Part shown: positions 1 through 14,439 of the stretch, one piece after another
Position numbering within the stretch: the stretch's first letter is position 1
Layout of the letters: each line of letters opens with the position of its first letter
DNA from: Eledone cirrhosa
Lineage: Eukaryota
Assembly: GCA_964016885.1 (NCBI GenBank)
Contig: OZ024743.1
Coordinates: 161,882,001 to 161,946,000, forward strand
Length of the DNA: 64,000 nucleotides
Reading direction: 5' to 3'
The notes under the pieces: model-generated
Seen by the model: the letters and a program-made list of their open reading frames with translations, nothing else
Database searches by the model: none
Told to the model about the DNA's origin: nothing
Translations under genes and position numbers: made by a program

Positions 1-747
1 AAATGCACACAATGCAGATCTTGGGTACCCAAGAGATGTAGTGGGATAGCAGGCAAACTAACAGGTAGGGAGAAATACGTATGCAGTAGATGTACAGGGA
101 AATTAGACAGTAGAAGTCGCATTGATAGACACATTTTTCAAATGCAAGCGGGTGGTATAGAAGTGGTGGATAGCTTCCGGTACCTAGGAGATCAGATTAG
201 CATGGGAGGAGGGTGTTCCGAGGCCATAGTATCTTGAATAAGGACGGGTTGGAAGAAATTTAGGGAGCTGCTCCCTCTGCTGAGGAAGAAGGGTTTCTCC
301 CTGCGTACAAAAGGCCGGTTATATGATGCCTGTGTGAGGAGCGCAATGCTGCATGGTAGTGAGACATGGGCAGTAACTGCAGAGGATATGCGACGGCTGG
401 AGAGAAATGAGGCAAGCATGCTCCGTTGGATGTGCAATGTCAATGTGCGTGAACGACCCAGCATGAATGTGTTGAGAGAGAAACTGTGTCTGAAGGGATA
501 GAATGTAGTCTGCGAGAGAGGAGACTGCGGTTGTATGGACATGTGATGCGCATGGTGGATGACCGAAATGTCAGTTGAAGGAAATGCCAGTTGAAAGAAG
601 ACATGGTAGAGGTAGACCACGAAAAACATGGACGGAGGTGGTGAGAAGAGACCTCAGATCGCTGTAGATCATGATGGAGATGCTGTGCTGAATAAGACCT
701 GTCCCGCCCTTGAAAGCAGGGAAAAGTGGACATAAAATGATGATGTT

Positions 748-748
<1 letters not shown>
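1..748 (+). mobile_element. RTE-clade LINE, degraded 3' fragment (family B)
   Basis: + strand encodes ...VDSFRYLGDQISMGGGCSEA...RLYDACVRSAMLHGSETW... with stops; ends GAAAAGTGGACATAAAATGATGATG. Homologous to 15446-16476 and 33000-33800. Confidence 0.9.
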
Positions 749-793
<45 letters not shown>

Positions 794-799
794 GGATCT

Positions 800-1011
800 A
801 TCGACTTTCGTCAAATCGGACCGAGGAAAAAATGTTTCTGTTGGTCTTTCCAGTTGCTAATACTATCTATCGGTCGCAAGTCCAGGTATAAGGAGCAACG
901 TGAAATAAAGTGTCTTGCTCAAGGACATAACGCATCTCCTGGTCCAGGAATCAAACTCACAACTCAAGATTGTGAATCCAATTCTCTAACCACTGAGCCA
1001 CACACCTTCAC
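800..1011 (-). mobile_element. tRNA-derived SINE
   Basis: Minus strand reads TGGCTCAGTGG (A box)...GTTTGATTCC (B box)...CCTTGAGCAAGACACTTTATTTCAC; same head and core as SINEs at 25572, 56200 and 60237. Confidence 0.75.
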
Positions 1012-1013
1012 GT

Positions 1014-2545
<1,532 letters not shown>

Positions 2546-2892
2546 TGGCTGCCAACTCGTTTTCGAGTACGGCCACTACTTTACATCCATGTAGGATAAC
2601 CCCTACCGAAGCGCTGAACGAGTGTGACTTTTTAGTCCAGCCAGCGACTTGAAACCTCTGGTACAAACACTACACCTGTGACAATTATTGACACATAGTG
2701 CTAGGCCCATGGTAGGACAATTATTGACACATAGTGCTGGGCCCATGTGAGGACAAGTGCAGAGAGATCTCCAGATATAAAGCAATGCCTGTGCCGTGAA
2801 GCTTTTATAGTGAGCAAAGGCACTGCACAAAGCCAGTCCCACTCTCTTATATATATATATACATATATATATATGTACATATATATATATAT

Positions 2893-3177
2893 AAAATATG
2901 TAGTTTAGAAAGCCACAACAATGGAGATGGGAAATCTCGAGGTAGGAAGTGAGTGAGAAATAGGAGAAGAGTGAAAATTGAGAGAAACGAAAATGAAAAC
3001 AAAACAAAGGTAGAAGGGTTACCGTAGTGGAGATTTAATCCCAATATTTCGGGCTCACGCCCATCAACGGGGTTAAAGTTCGTTTCTCTCAATTTTCACT
3101 TTTCTCCTATTTCTCACTCACTTCCTACCTCGAGATTTCCCATCTGCATTGTTGTGGCTTTCTAAACTACGTATTTT
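2893..3177. repeat. Fold-back element with ~100-bp arms (2893-2991 / 3079-3177), probable PLE remnant
   Basis: AAAATATGTAGTTTAGAAAGCCACAAC...GAGAAACGAA is the reverse complement of 3079-3177; decayed hammerhead in the spacer. Confidence 0.85.
3034..3077 (-). ncRNA. Degenerate minimal hammerhead ribozyme
   Basis: TTTAACC-CCGTTGA(two changes from CTGATGA)-T-GGGC GTGA GCCC-GAAA-TATT-GGGATTAAA. Confidence 0.45.
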
Positions 3178-3220
3178 ACACATTTCACAATGCTTCAAGC
3201 AAACTTTAACACCCTCTTAT

Positions 3221-3241
3221 CATATATATATATATATATAC

Positions 3242-3273
<32 letters not shown>

Positions 3274-3303
3274 GTACATATATATATACATATATATATA
3301 TAC

Positions 3304-3370
<67 letters not shown>

Positions 3371-3408
3371 CATATATATATATATACATATATATATATA
3401 TGTACATA

Positions 3409-3446
<38 letters not shown>

Positions 3447-3452
3447 CATATA
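3221..3452. repeat. (TA)n microsatellite
   Basis: Seen directly. Confidence 0.98.
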
Positions 3453-3498
3453 TAATATAATAAATAAATAACAAAGAACGCTTATAGCATATGCATAT

Positions 3499-3556
3499 CT
3501 TTACTTGCTAACATTGTTTCATCCGCACTATAAGTGGGACTCATCAGAGCATAAAG
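3499..3556 (-). ncRNA. Type-I hammerhead ribozyme (left-arm copy)
   Basis: Exact reverse complement of 4871-4928. Confidence 0.8.
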
Positions 3557-4227
3557 GTTAATTACATACCATACAAGCAATAACAAATCCAAGACATTGA
3601 AGAATGAAAGGTAATAATAGACGATAGAGGATAAGAATAAAAATAAAAATAAAAATAAAAGTAAAAATAAAAATAAAAATAAAAATAAAAATAAGGGGTG
3701 CTATCAGTCACAGTTGGGCGGTGTGCTGTCAACATATAGTTACATACAAGCATACACATGGATAAGAGAACAGACAAGAGTAGACACATGGATAAGAGAA
3801 CAGACAAGAGTAGATAAGATAATGGGATTAGGTAAGAGTAGGTAAAAAATAGGTAAAAAACAGACTTATAATATATATAAAAAGAAATACAAAGAAATAC
3901 ATAACAAACTTACATATAAAATATAAAATATAGGGTAAGGAATGAGATAAAATAATATAAAATTAAAAATTAAAAATTATATACATAGAACATAATATAG
4001 TATAATCGTAAAATAAGATAAAATAAGGTAAACTAAAATCAAATAACATAGACTAAATTAAAATAATATATAAGATATAATTAAAATCAAATGTATAATT
4101 ATATGTATAATTAAATGTAATTAAATGTAATTAAATAAATAAATAAATAAATAAATAAAAATTAAATAAATAAATAAAATTAAAATTAAAATTTTAAAAT
4201 TTTAAAATTAAAATCTAAATTTAAATA

Positions 4228-4263
<36 letters not shown>

Positions 4264-4870
4264 ATAATGCGGTGACTTAATGGCTCTTGAAGCTATTTTT
4301 TTATATATCTTCTGTCTTTTTATATATATTTTGTATGCGCTACAACTGTGTCTGCTTGCTTTAACCTCACCTCGCTTGCTAATGCATGTGAATTCTTATT
4401 TTATCTTATTTTACGATTATACTATATTATGTTCTATGTATATAATTTTTAATTTTTAATTTTATATTATTTTATCTCATTCCTTACCCTATATTTTATA
4501 TTTTATATGTAAGTTTGTTATGTATTTCTTTGTATTTCTTTTTATATATATTATAAGTCTGTTTTTTACCTATTTTTTACCTATTTTTTACCTACTCTTA
4601 CCTAATCCCATTATCTTATCTACTCTTGTCTGTTCTCTTATCCATGTGTCTACTCTTGTCTGTTCTCTTATCCATGTGTATGCTTGTATGTAACTATATG
4701 TTGACAGCACACCGCCCAACTGTGACTGATAGCACCCCTTATTTTTATTTTTATTTTTATTTTTACTTTTATTTTTATTTTTATTTTTATTCTTATCCTC
4801 TATCGTCTATTATTACCTTTCATTCTTCAATGTCTTGGATTTGTTATTGCTTGTATGGTATGTAATTAAC

Positions 4871-4928
4871 CTTTATGCTCTGATGAGTCCCACTTATAGT
4901 GCGGATGAAACAATGTTAGCAAGTAAAG
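4871..4928 (+). ncRNA. Type-I hammerhead ribozyme (minimal)
   Basis: CTTTATGCT-CTGATGA-GTCC CACT TAT AGTG C GGAT-GAAA-C AAT G-TT-AGCA ag TAAAG: intact core, stems I and II pair, very short stem III. Confidence 0.8.
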
Positions 4929-5063
4929 ATATGCATATGCTATAAGCGTTCTTTGTTATTTATTTATTATATTACGGCTCTGTCCTCAGACATTGAGCTA
5001 ACCTCATACTGCCTGCTGGATAAGTGGAGTGTTATACACCCCTGATCCTTTCCCTAGCATACT

Positions 5064-5133
5064 ATATATATATACATATATATATATACGTATATATATA
5101 TATATACATATATATATATACATATATATATAC

Positions 5134-5164
<31 letters not shown>

Positions 5165-5165
5165 C

Positions 5166-5236
<71 letters not shown>

Positions 5237-5257
5237 CATACATATATATATACATAC

Positions 5258-5288
<31 letters not shown>

Positions 5289-5421
5289 CATACATATATC
5301 TATACATATATATATACATATATATATACATATATATATATTTATATATACATACATATATCTATACATATATATATATATACATATATCTATACATATA
5401 TATACATATATATATATATAC

Positions 5422-5497
<76 letters not shown>

Positions 5498-5531
5498 GTG
5501 TATATATATATATATATATACATATATATAC

Positions 5532-5564
<33 letters not shown>

Positions 5565-5603
5565 CATATATATACATATATATATATACATATATATATA
5601 TAC

Positions 5604-5672
<69 letters not shown>

Positions 5673-5687
5673 CATACATATATATAC

Positions 5688-5766
<79 letters not shown>

Positions 5767-5859
5767 TATATACATATACATATATATATACATATACATA
5801 TATATATATACATACATATATATATACATATATATATATATACATACATATATCTATAC

Positions 5860-5892
<33 letters not shown>

Positions 5893-5933
5893 AATATATA
5901 TATATAAATATATATACATATATACATATATAT
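5064..5933. repeat. Interrupted (TA)n microsatellite
   Basis: Seen directly. Confidence 0.99.
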
Positions 5934-6045
5934 CAGTAAATCAGACAAAGTTGGAATTCCTCTTATTAATATAATCTTCTATACACAATCATACACACCC
6001 GTGTATATTTACCTATCTATATCTATATACATATATATATATATA

Positions 6046-7140
6046 TACTCCTATACGCAGATGATCTAACGCTCATAGCTGAATCAATGGCTGAGCTAGA
6101 GAAGAAATTCCAAACATGGAAGCACGGCCTAGAATCAAAAGGCCTTAAAATTAACCTGGCTAAGACTAAAGTTCTAGTTTGTAAGAAAGAAAATAAGGCG
6201 GCGGTCCCATCTGGGAAATGGCTATGCTCAGTGTGTAGGAAAGGCGCAGGTAGAAACTCCATTTTGTGTCCCAAATGCAAAGTATGGGTGCATAAAAGAT
6301 GTAGTGGGATCACAGGTAAGCTAACTAAGAACATAGATTTTACATGTGGCCGGTGTTCTGGGGCAATAAGTAGCAGCAAGTGCCCACGAAATACTAGCTC
6401 TTTCAACTGCGCAGAGGGTTCTATAGAAATAGTGGACAGCTTCCGTTACCTGGGTGACAAAATCAGCAGTGGTGGAGGGTGCTCTGAAAGTACAGTAGCT
6501 AGAGTCAGAACTGGGTGGAAAAAGTTCAGAGAGCTTATACCTCTACTAGCCGCTAAAGGGTTCTCTCTAAAAATGAAAGGCAGGCTGTACGATGCCTACA
6601 TACGAACAGCAATGTTGCATGGCAGTGAGACCTGGGCATTGTGTGCAGAGGATATACGCAGACTAGAGAGAAACGAAGCTTGCATGCTCCGCTGGATGTG
6701 TAATAGTAATATATGTGAACGGCAAAGCATAAACGAACTAAGGAAAAAATTAGAAATAAGAGGGATCAGATGTTGTTTACTCGAGAGAAGGCTACGTTGG
6801 TATGGTCACGTGATGCGCATGAAGGACGATAGCTGTATAACAAAGTGCAGGGCAATAAAGATAGACGGTAGCCACGGAATAGGCAGACCCAGAAAAACCT
6901 GGGACGAGCTGATAAATTCCGACCTCACACACTTACACCTCACCAAGCCAATGTCACTGGACCGAGACCTTTGGCGGTACTCAGTAATAGAGAAGACCCG
7001 CCTTACCTAAATACAAAGTAAAACCTACTACAGACAGTAGGCATCTCTAACAAAATACACGCCCCCCCCCCCCCACATCCACACCGCCCCTTTCAATGTA
7101 AAGTTATGTTGGTGCCACAACATCCAGGCCGAAACAAATG
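6046..7140 (+). mobile_element. RTE LINE family A, 5'-truncated copy (YADD to partial 3'UTR)
   Basis: Starts LLYADDL; ORF 6087-7010 nearly identical to the C-terminus of 18303-20345. Confidence 0.95.
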
Positions 7141-10122
7141 GTCACGTTGGACAACATTGTGACGGCTATGACGGAATTCATGGAGGCTATGGGTTTGGTA
7201 CTAGAAATGAGGAAGGCTCCAGAATCCTGGAATTCTGTGACGCAAATAACCTAGCTATCTGTAACACTAACTTAAAAAAATGAGACAATCACTTGATCAC
7301 CTACAGATCAGGGGAACATACCAGCCAGGTAGATTATATCCTTACCAGAAGACGTGACAGAGTGTCTGTTGTAAACACTAAATCCCTCCCCCATGAAGAA
7401 TGCACCTCTCAACATAGACTGATAATTAGCGACCTCATAGTCAGGACGAGACGTACTCGACAACAGAAGAGGACTATCCTCAGGAGAAAAATATGGAAGC
7501 TAAAGGACCCCACAGCCAGTAATAAATTTAAAAGCATATTAGTTGATGCTTTCGACAGTAAGGAAGAGCAATTAGAGTCGTACAATATAGAGGAACAGTG
7601 GGGATTCCTGAAAGCAAACCTGCTGATGGCGGCAGATGAAGTCTGTGGCTGGAGCAGGCCTATAGGCAGGAGGAGAGTAACGTGGTGGTGGAACAGTAAG
7701 GTGGATGAGTCAATCAAGGCAAAAAAAAAAGGCTTGGAAAGTATGGCGGGATGGGGAAAGTAGAGAACACTATCAAGTGGCCAGGAGAGAAGCTAGGAGA
7801 CAAGTGTACTTTGCTAGAAGGGAAGCAGAGGAAAGAAAGTTCAAGCATGTTCTACAACGCGAGGACCAAAAGCGTGAGGTGTTCAGGATTGCTAGGCAAT
7901 GTGTCAAAGAAAACCGTGATATTGTCGGGGAGAAGTGTGTCCTTAATGATAATGGTGTACATGCCATCACTGACGCTGATAAGAAGGTAGCTTGGAAATG
8001 TCAATACGAAAGGCTACTAAATGAGGAGAATAAATGGGAGAAAGACAGTCTCCCCCACATCGATCCAATAGAGGGACCAGCAATGTTAGTCGAAGGTAGT
8101 ATAATAAGTAAGGTAATCAAAGATATGAAGACGGGTAAGGCGGCTGGGCCTTCGGAAATAGTTGCTGAAATGCTGAAAGCTTCTGGAACGGTGGGACACA
8201 CTATGGTCACCCGGATAGTAAACCAAGTCATACAGAATGGGCTTGTTCCGAAGGACTGGCGTAGCAGCATCATCATTAACTGCTACAAGCGTAAAGGAGA
8301 TCCCTACATAGGGGTAACTATAGAGGCATTAAATTAATGGACCAGGTCATGAAGGTCACAGAAAAAGTAATAGCGCAACTAATCAGAGAGCGAATTGATC
8401 TAGATGAAATGCAGTTCGGGTTTGTGTCAGGTAAAAGTACCACATATGCTCTTTTCATTGTACGACAACTACAGGAGAAGTACCTAGCTAAAAGGAAACC
8501 CCTATACTTAGCTTTTGTCGACTTGGAGAAAGCTTTTGACAGAGTCCCCCGTTCCATTATCTGGTGGGCTCTTAGAAAACTAGGTGTTGATGAATGGCTT
8601 GTGAGAGCTATACAAGCCATGTATAAAGAAACAGTCAGCAAGGTTAGAATTAACAACGAATATAGTGAAGAGTTTAGCGTAAAAGTTGGTGTTCATCAGG
8701 GCTCCGTTCTTAGCCCCATACTATTTATTATTGCCCTTCAGGCTATAACAGAGGAGTTCAAGACCGGTTTCCCATGGGAACTCCTATACGCAGATGATCT
8801 AACGCTCATAGCTGAATCAATGTCTGAACTAGAGAAGAAATTCCAAACATGGAAGCATGGCCTAGAATCAAAAGGCCTTAAAATTAACCTGTCTAAGACT
8901 AAAGTTCTAGTTTGTAGGAAGGAAAATAGGGCACCGGTCCCATCTGGGAAATGGCCATGCTCAGTGTGTAGGAAAGGAGTAGGCAGAAACTCCATTTTAT
9001 GTCCCAAATGCAAAGTATGGGTGCATAAAAGATGTAGTGTGATCACAGGTAAGCTAACTAAGAATATAGATTTTATATGTGGCCGGTGCTCTGGTGCAAT
9101 AAGTAGCAGCAAGTGCCCACGAAATACTAGCTCATTCCATTGCACAGATAGTTCTATAAAAATAGTGGACACCTTCCGTTACTTAGGTGAGAAAATCAGC
9201 AGTGGTGGAGGGTGCTCTGAAAGTACAGTAGCTAGAGTCACAACTGGATGGAAAAAGTTCAGAGAGCTTATGCCACTATTAGCCGCTAAAGGGTTCTCTC
9301 TAAAAATGAAAGGCAGACTGTATGATGCCTGCATACGAACAGCAATGTTACATGGCAGTGAGACCTGGACATTGTGTGCAGAGGATATACGCAGACTGGA
9401 GAGGAACGAAGCTTGCATGCTCCGCTGGATGTGTAATAGTAATATACGTGAATGGCAAAGCATAAACGAACTAAGGGAAAATTAGGAATAAGAGGGATCA
9501 GATGTTGTTTACTCGAGAGAAGACTACGTTGGTACGGTCACGTGATGCACATGAAAGACGACAGCTGTATAAAAAAGTGCAGAGCAATAAAAATAGACGG
9601 TAGCAACGGAGTAGACAGACCCAGAAAAACCTGGGACGACCTGATAAATTCCGACCTCACACACTTGCACCTCTCCAAGACAATCTCACTGGACCGAGAT
9701 CTTTGGCGCTACACAGTAATACAGAAGACCCGCCTTACCTAAGTACAAAGTGAAACCTACTACAGTTAATAGCACCTCTAACAAAAATACACCTCCGTCC
9801 CACTACCCCCACTCCATCCACACCACCCCTTTCAATATAAAGTTATGTTGGTACCACAACATCCAGTCCGAAGCAAATGAGGTCGTGTAGGTGTCACCTC
9901 AAAAAACACAGTCCACGCTGTAATGTGGCCGTGTAGGTAACACGGTAAAAACCTCCCAGTCCACACTGTAAACGTGGTTGGTGTTAGGAAGGGCATCCAG
10001 CCGTAGAAACCCCGCCAGACAGTCCTATGCGAGCAAGACAACCACTCTTGCTTCAAATGGGAAAACTCCCGTCCAAACCCATGCAAGCGTGGAAGATGGA
10101 CGTTAAACGATGATGATGATGA

Positions 10123-10125
<3 letters not shown>
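7136..10125 (+). mobile_element. RTE LINE family A, frameshifted copy (part of APE endonuclease + RT + 3'UTR + (GAT)n tail)
   Basis: SQVDYIL, QFGF, FVDLEKAFD, GVHQGSVLSP and YADD motifs across ORFs at 7293, 7705, 8337 and 9452; tail GACGTTAAACGATGATGAT then (TA)n. Confidence 0.95.
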
Positions 10126-10188
<63 letters not shown>

Positions 10189-10464
10189 ATAATAATAAAT
10201 TTGAAGACTAAAATCCAAAGAGGGCTCGATAAAGATAAATTTGTCTTTGCGTTGTTCTCCCCGTTCCACATATGATGTATTATCTTCGTTTTTTCCGTTC
10301 ATTGCCAGAGAACGTCTCTATGAACCACCTAATAGAATATATTAATCTAAGACATCTTTTATACCATAAACGTGGTTTTGTCTTTGCGTATAATTGTTTT
10401 TCACCGCTCCAAATAATTGTTTCTACTTTAGGCCAGCAATTTGCCAGTGCATTACTGGTACTCC

Positions 10465-10680
10465 AAATAATGACGTATTATATTCGTTTTTTTTTTCGTC
10501 CTTTGCCAGGGAACGTTTCCACGAACCAAAGTATCGTCTTCCTGTCTTCCTCCGGTTGCAACGTTTTTTGAAATATTTACTTCTGCGTTCACAGATTGAC
10601 TTTGTTAGTTTCAGAAGATCCCGTTAACGGTGAAAGCAGCGATTCTTTGCTTAAACTTTAATGTTATTTTAATAAATATA
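10465..10680. repeat. Unclassified dispersed repeat (also at 22527-22660 and 28645-28850)
   Basis: GTGAAAGCAGCGATTCTTTGCTTAAACTTT shared; reverse-complement match to 28645-28850. Confidence 0.75.
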
Positions 10681-10684
10681 TATA

Positions 10685-13600
10685 CAGGGTGTGGACGATA
10701 TTTGTTCGCAATTTTCAACTGCTAATTTTATGCAATTTTTTTTTACTTCCGTTGTCACTCTTGTCTTTATAAATACAGTGACTATATTTCCATTATTTTA
10801 TAGCGATGAACGGCTGCGTGTTCGTATCACGTCAGGGTTACCAATATAGAGAGGATACTGGGTTGTATGAATGTAACAAAACGAGACATGGTTTGGTATA
10901 TATAATATTTAATTAACAATGGTAGATAGTATAGTTGACATGTCAATAGGAATAGATGTTAGAATGAAACAAAGTTAGTAGTTACCGTTTTGATTGCCAG
11001 GCAAACGCGGCTGGCAGAAGACGCCTGGCTAAGGCCAGGCGCCTGTTGGCCAAATTAATGGCGGAGCCCAATGAGAGGCCCTTGGCCTGGTGCCGAAAAG
11101 GCAAAAAGAGAAAGGAAGCTTAAAGTTGTTAGTTTTATAGGGCTCTGACCGGAAGTTGCAGAAAGGGTTCCACTTCCCGTCTAGATCCTAATCAAAACAA
11201 GGGAGACAACCGCTACATAACCTCCCGCCAGAATTTTAGTGTATAAAAATCGAAATGAAAATATGTAGCAAGTTGGCGAGAATGTTGTAACAGGCATGAA
11301 AATTACGACAAAAGAATGTCTGGAAAAATCAATGATAGATATCAAGGTAGCCAACCGCTCTTGGCCAGAGAACGACTGGACATCCATCTATCCATCACCC
11401 AAAGATACAATGTAATAAAGTAAAAGTAATAGAAGAGCTCAAAGTTCAAAATATAGTTCACAGGTGTGCAATCACATGACAGCAGGAAAGAAAGTGTGTT
11501 CCAGAGAATGAATGCAGGTGGTTTCTGTTCTGTGGTATATCGTGAAATTTCCAACCTCCGAATGGATTTTCTCACAGGAAGAGTGCTGCAAAAATGAATT
11601 CTCTGGCTTTGGTGAAGCTGTATTGATGTATTGCTGTTGCTGTTATATTGCTGTTGCTGCTGCTGTTGTCTCGCTGAGTGAGCGTATTCGGTGTTTAAAT
11701 TCACAGTAAAAAAAAATTTTTTTTAGAAAAAATGAGTTGCGCAAAGTGCTAGAAATAGCAGCCGAAGTTGATGGTCGATGTTGAGAATGCGTTGACCTGG
11801 AAGGGTCAAGAGGCCAGCGACCAGAGAAATAAGCATTCTTAATAAATGCGCGGTTATCAACGGTAAATTTACATTGTAAATTTATAAACCGACAAATAGA
11901 AGAATATAGCTTAAGGCTGAAGAATCCCTGGTGAGAAATGTTATCTCTGGCGTGCGGCTGTCTGTGAGTAGAGACATCTCTGTGAATCGAGAACACGTGC
12001 CAATACAAGGTTGAAAAAAATAATATTTCTAACGCGCGAGAAAATGATAGTGCAATTTTGAAAGTAACAATGATGAAAAAGAAAGGCTTCACTCAGCATA
12101 ATTATTGGTGTGAACTTTGGAATAAAACAAAAAACTTGAACGATGAAGAAAACGATGAACAAAAAGGCAATGGTTCATCGAAAATAAATGTTCCTGTTGA
12201 AATGTTTTTTAAAGAATATCAAATTTCTTTTTTTTTTTTTGTGTGTGTTTTGAAAGAGTTCGTTGTAAGAAACGAGAAACATATATATATATCGTGAAAT
12301 GTTTTTTTTTTTTTTGTTGTTTTGAAAGTGTTCGTTGTGAGAAACGAGAAACATATATATATATATATTGGTGAAATGCGACAGTTAGTTGATGCGTGAG
12401 AGAAAAAGTCTGTCTGTGCGAATTCCACATGTGCGTGTGTGCGTGTTTCTTTTACTGAGTATTTTCATAGTTTGTCGATAAATTTACTGTGTATTCGTAA
12501 TGTTACTCACAAAACCAGATGTGCTATTTTTTTCTTTTTTTGGGGGGGTGACCACTTATAGCGATGAACGGCTGCGTGTTCGTATCACGTCAGGGTTACC
12601 AATATAGAGAGGATACTGGGTTGTATGAATGTAACAAAACGAGACATGGTTTGGTATATATAATATTTAATTAACAATGGTAGATAGTATAGTTGACATG
12701 TCAATAGGAATAGATGTTAGAATGAAACAAAGTTAGTAGTTACCGTTTTGATTGCCAGGCAAACGCGGCTGGCAGAAGACGCCTGGCTAAGGCCAGGCGC
12801 CTGTTGGCCAAATTAATGGCGGAGCCCAATGAGAGGCTCTTGGCCTGGTGCCGAAAAGGCAAAAAGAGAAAGGAAGCTTAAAGTTGTTAGTTTTATAGGG
12901 CTCTGACCGGAAGTTGCAGAAAGGGTTCCACTTCCCGTCTAGATCCTAATCAAAACAAGGGAGACAACCGCTACAATTTATTTTCAGAATAATTGATTAT
13001 GAATAATTTTGAACCTCTAAATTTATGGATGAGACACAGAGTTTTTCTTGGAATCCGCGCCGGGGGGACAAATAAGACCAGAATATCAACTCCCAGAACA
13101 ACAGGTGGCTCGCTGTCTCATCCAAAGACGTGCCCAGAGTCATGCAGACAAAGTTTCCAGCAACAACATTGGTCTTAGGTGTCGTCAGCAGTCAAGGTGA
13201 CGTCATGCCACCTCACTTCTTCCCTGAGGGCCTCAAGCTGAACACTGATGCCTACATCCGCGTTCTGAGCGAGGTAGTAAAGCCCTGGATCGACTAGGTA
13301 ACTGCAGGTAGGCCGTACGTGTGGCAGCAAGACTCAGCGCCCTGCCATACCAGCCGAAAGACCCAACCCTGGCTGTCAGAGAACTTCGTCGACCACACTT
13401 CACCTGACATCTGGCCTCCCAGCTCGCCTGACTGTAACCCTCTCGACTTCCTTGTGTGGGGTGCAGTAGAACGAGACACCAACAGATCTAGCTGCAATAC
13501 GAAAGACGATCTAAAGGCCAGGATCACAAGTGCCTTTAGGGGCCTAAGTCGGGGGGACAGTGACGAAGGCCTGTAGCCAGTTCCGTGGCCGCCTTGAGGC

Positions 13601-13747
13601 CGTCATCAAAGCCAATGGCAGGTTTATCGAGTGAGATCGAAAGAACAAGTCATGAAGACAAACTGACCCAAGTTTGATAAATATATCTTAAAAAAATAAA
13701 ACTACTGTGTTACTTTTATCTTGCGAACAAATATCGTCCGCACCCTG
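10685..13747 (+). mobile_element. Tc1/mariner-superfamily DD37D (maT-like) transposon, internally deleted
   Basis: 27-bp TIRs CAGGGTG(T/C)GGACGATATTTGTTCGCAA flanked by TA; transposase C-terminus WQQDSAPCH...WPPSSPDCNPLD has 37 residues between the 2nd and 3rd D; in-frame stop upstream. Confidence 0.92.
10799..12975 (-). mobile_element. Non-autonomous LTR retrotransposon (TRIM/LARD-like) nested in the DD37D element
   Basis: 419-bp LTRs at 10799-11217 and 12557-12975 (one mismatch seen); ATTT 4-bp TSD; minus-strand PBS-like TGGTCACCCC and PPT GGCGGGAGG; no coding capacity. Confidence 0.92.
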
Positions 13748-13764
13748 TATATATATATATACAT

Positions 13765-14196
13765 ATATTAAAATACAAATATTAATAAAATATTTCAGAG
13801 GTACAACAGTACGTCCTCATCAGACAAAATATAATGATACATGACATACCCTGAGATGTTAATTCAAGAGACGTTTTCCTAGATAACCATAACTTGTAGT
13901 ATCCCACATTTTAAAATCTCTATATCTGTCACATTAAGCAACGTTTTTCTTACTCATACATCCTCAATTGAATTTATTACGTTTTCGCATTTTCTCATTA
14001 TTAGGGTATAAATGTTGAATTTTCTCTTAGGTTAATCGCTATCTTGATTAAATCTTAACCATTTAACATCTCAGGGTATGTCATGTATCATTATATTTTG
14101 TTTGATGAAGACGTACTGTTGTACCTCTGAAATATGTATAATAAAAGTTAATTGACCAAAAGAACATCTATTTTATTAATATTTGTATTTTAATAT
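13765..14196. repeat. Fold-back element (arms 13765-13862 / 14062-14196) with hammerhead motifs
   Basis: Reverse-complement arms; the left arm lacks ~37 nt present in the right arm. Confidence 0.8.
14096..14146 (+). ncRNA. Hammerhead-like motif (C3>U in this copy; minus copy at 13790-13829 has CTGATGA but is truncated)
   Basis: TTTTGT-TTGATGA-AGA c GTAC tgtt GTAC c TCT-GAAA-TATGTA-TA-ATAAAA. Confidence 0.6.
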
Positions 14197-14303
14197 TAAT
14201 AACTCTGGAACCTTTTTTATCAGTAGAGTGCTTCCAATCTACTGTAAAACTCATTCTTTGATGTACTCATTGAATCTTGTTTAACTCTTTAATATATATA
14301 TAC

Positions 14304-14334
<31 letters not shown>

Positions 14335-14439
14335 CATATATATTCTTTAGGTAAACATTGATGCAATTCCATTCAAGCACTCAACGTACTTTTTCCACAT
14401 AGGAGTGATGGAGTATATATTGAATAAGAAAAAGCGAAG

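Larger units (their letters stand above)
3453..4974. mobile_element. Large fold-back element, ~575-bp near-identical inverted arms (3453-4027 / 4395-4974), non-coding PLE-like
   Basis: Arms are reverse complements (same pseudo-ORF at 3562-3807 minus and 4626-4865 plus); each arm holds a hammerhead; flanked by (TA)n. Confidence 0.85.

Noticed and set aside
2608-2668. Hammerhead-like CTGAACGA...GAAACCTCTGGTA
   Set aside because: Stem III is plausible but the core has an extra base and stem I does not pair
4260-4300. Twister-like motif in the fold-back spacer
   Set aside because: Pseudoknot pairings not found
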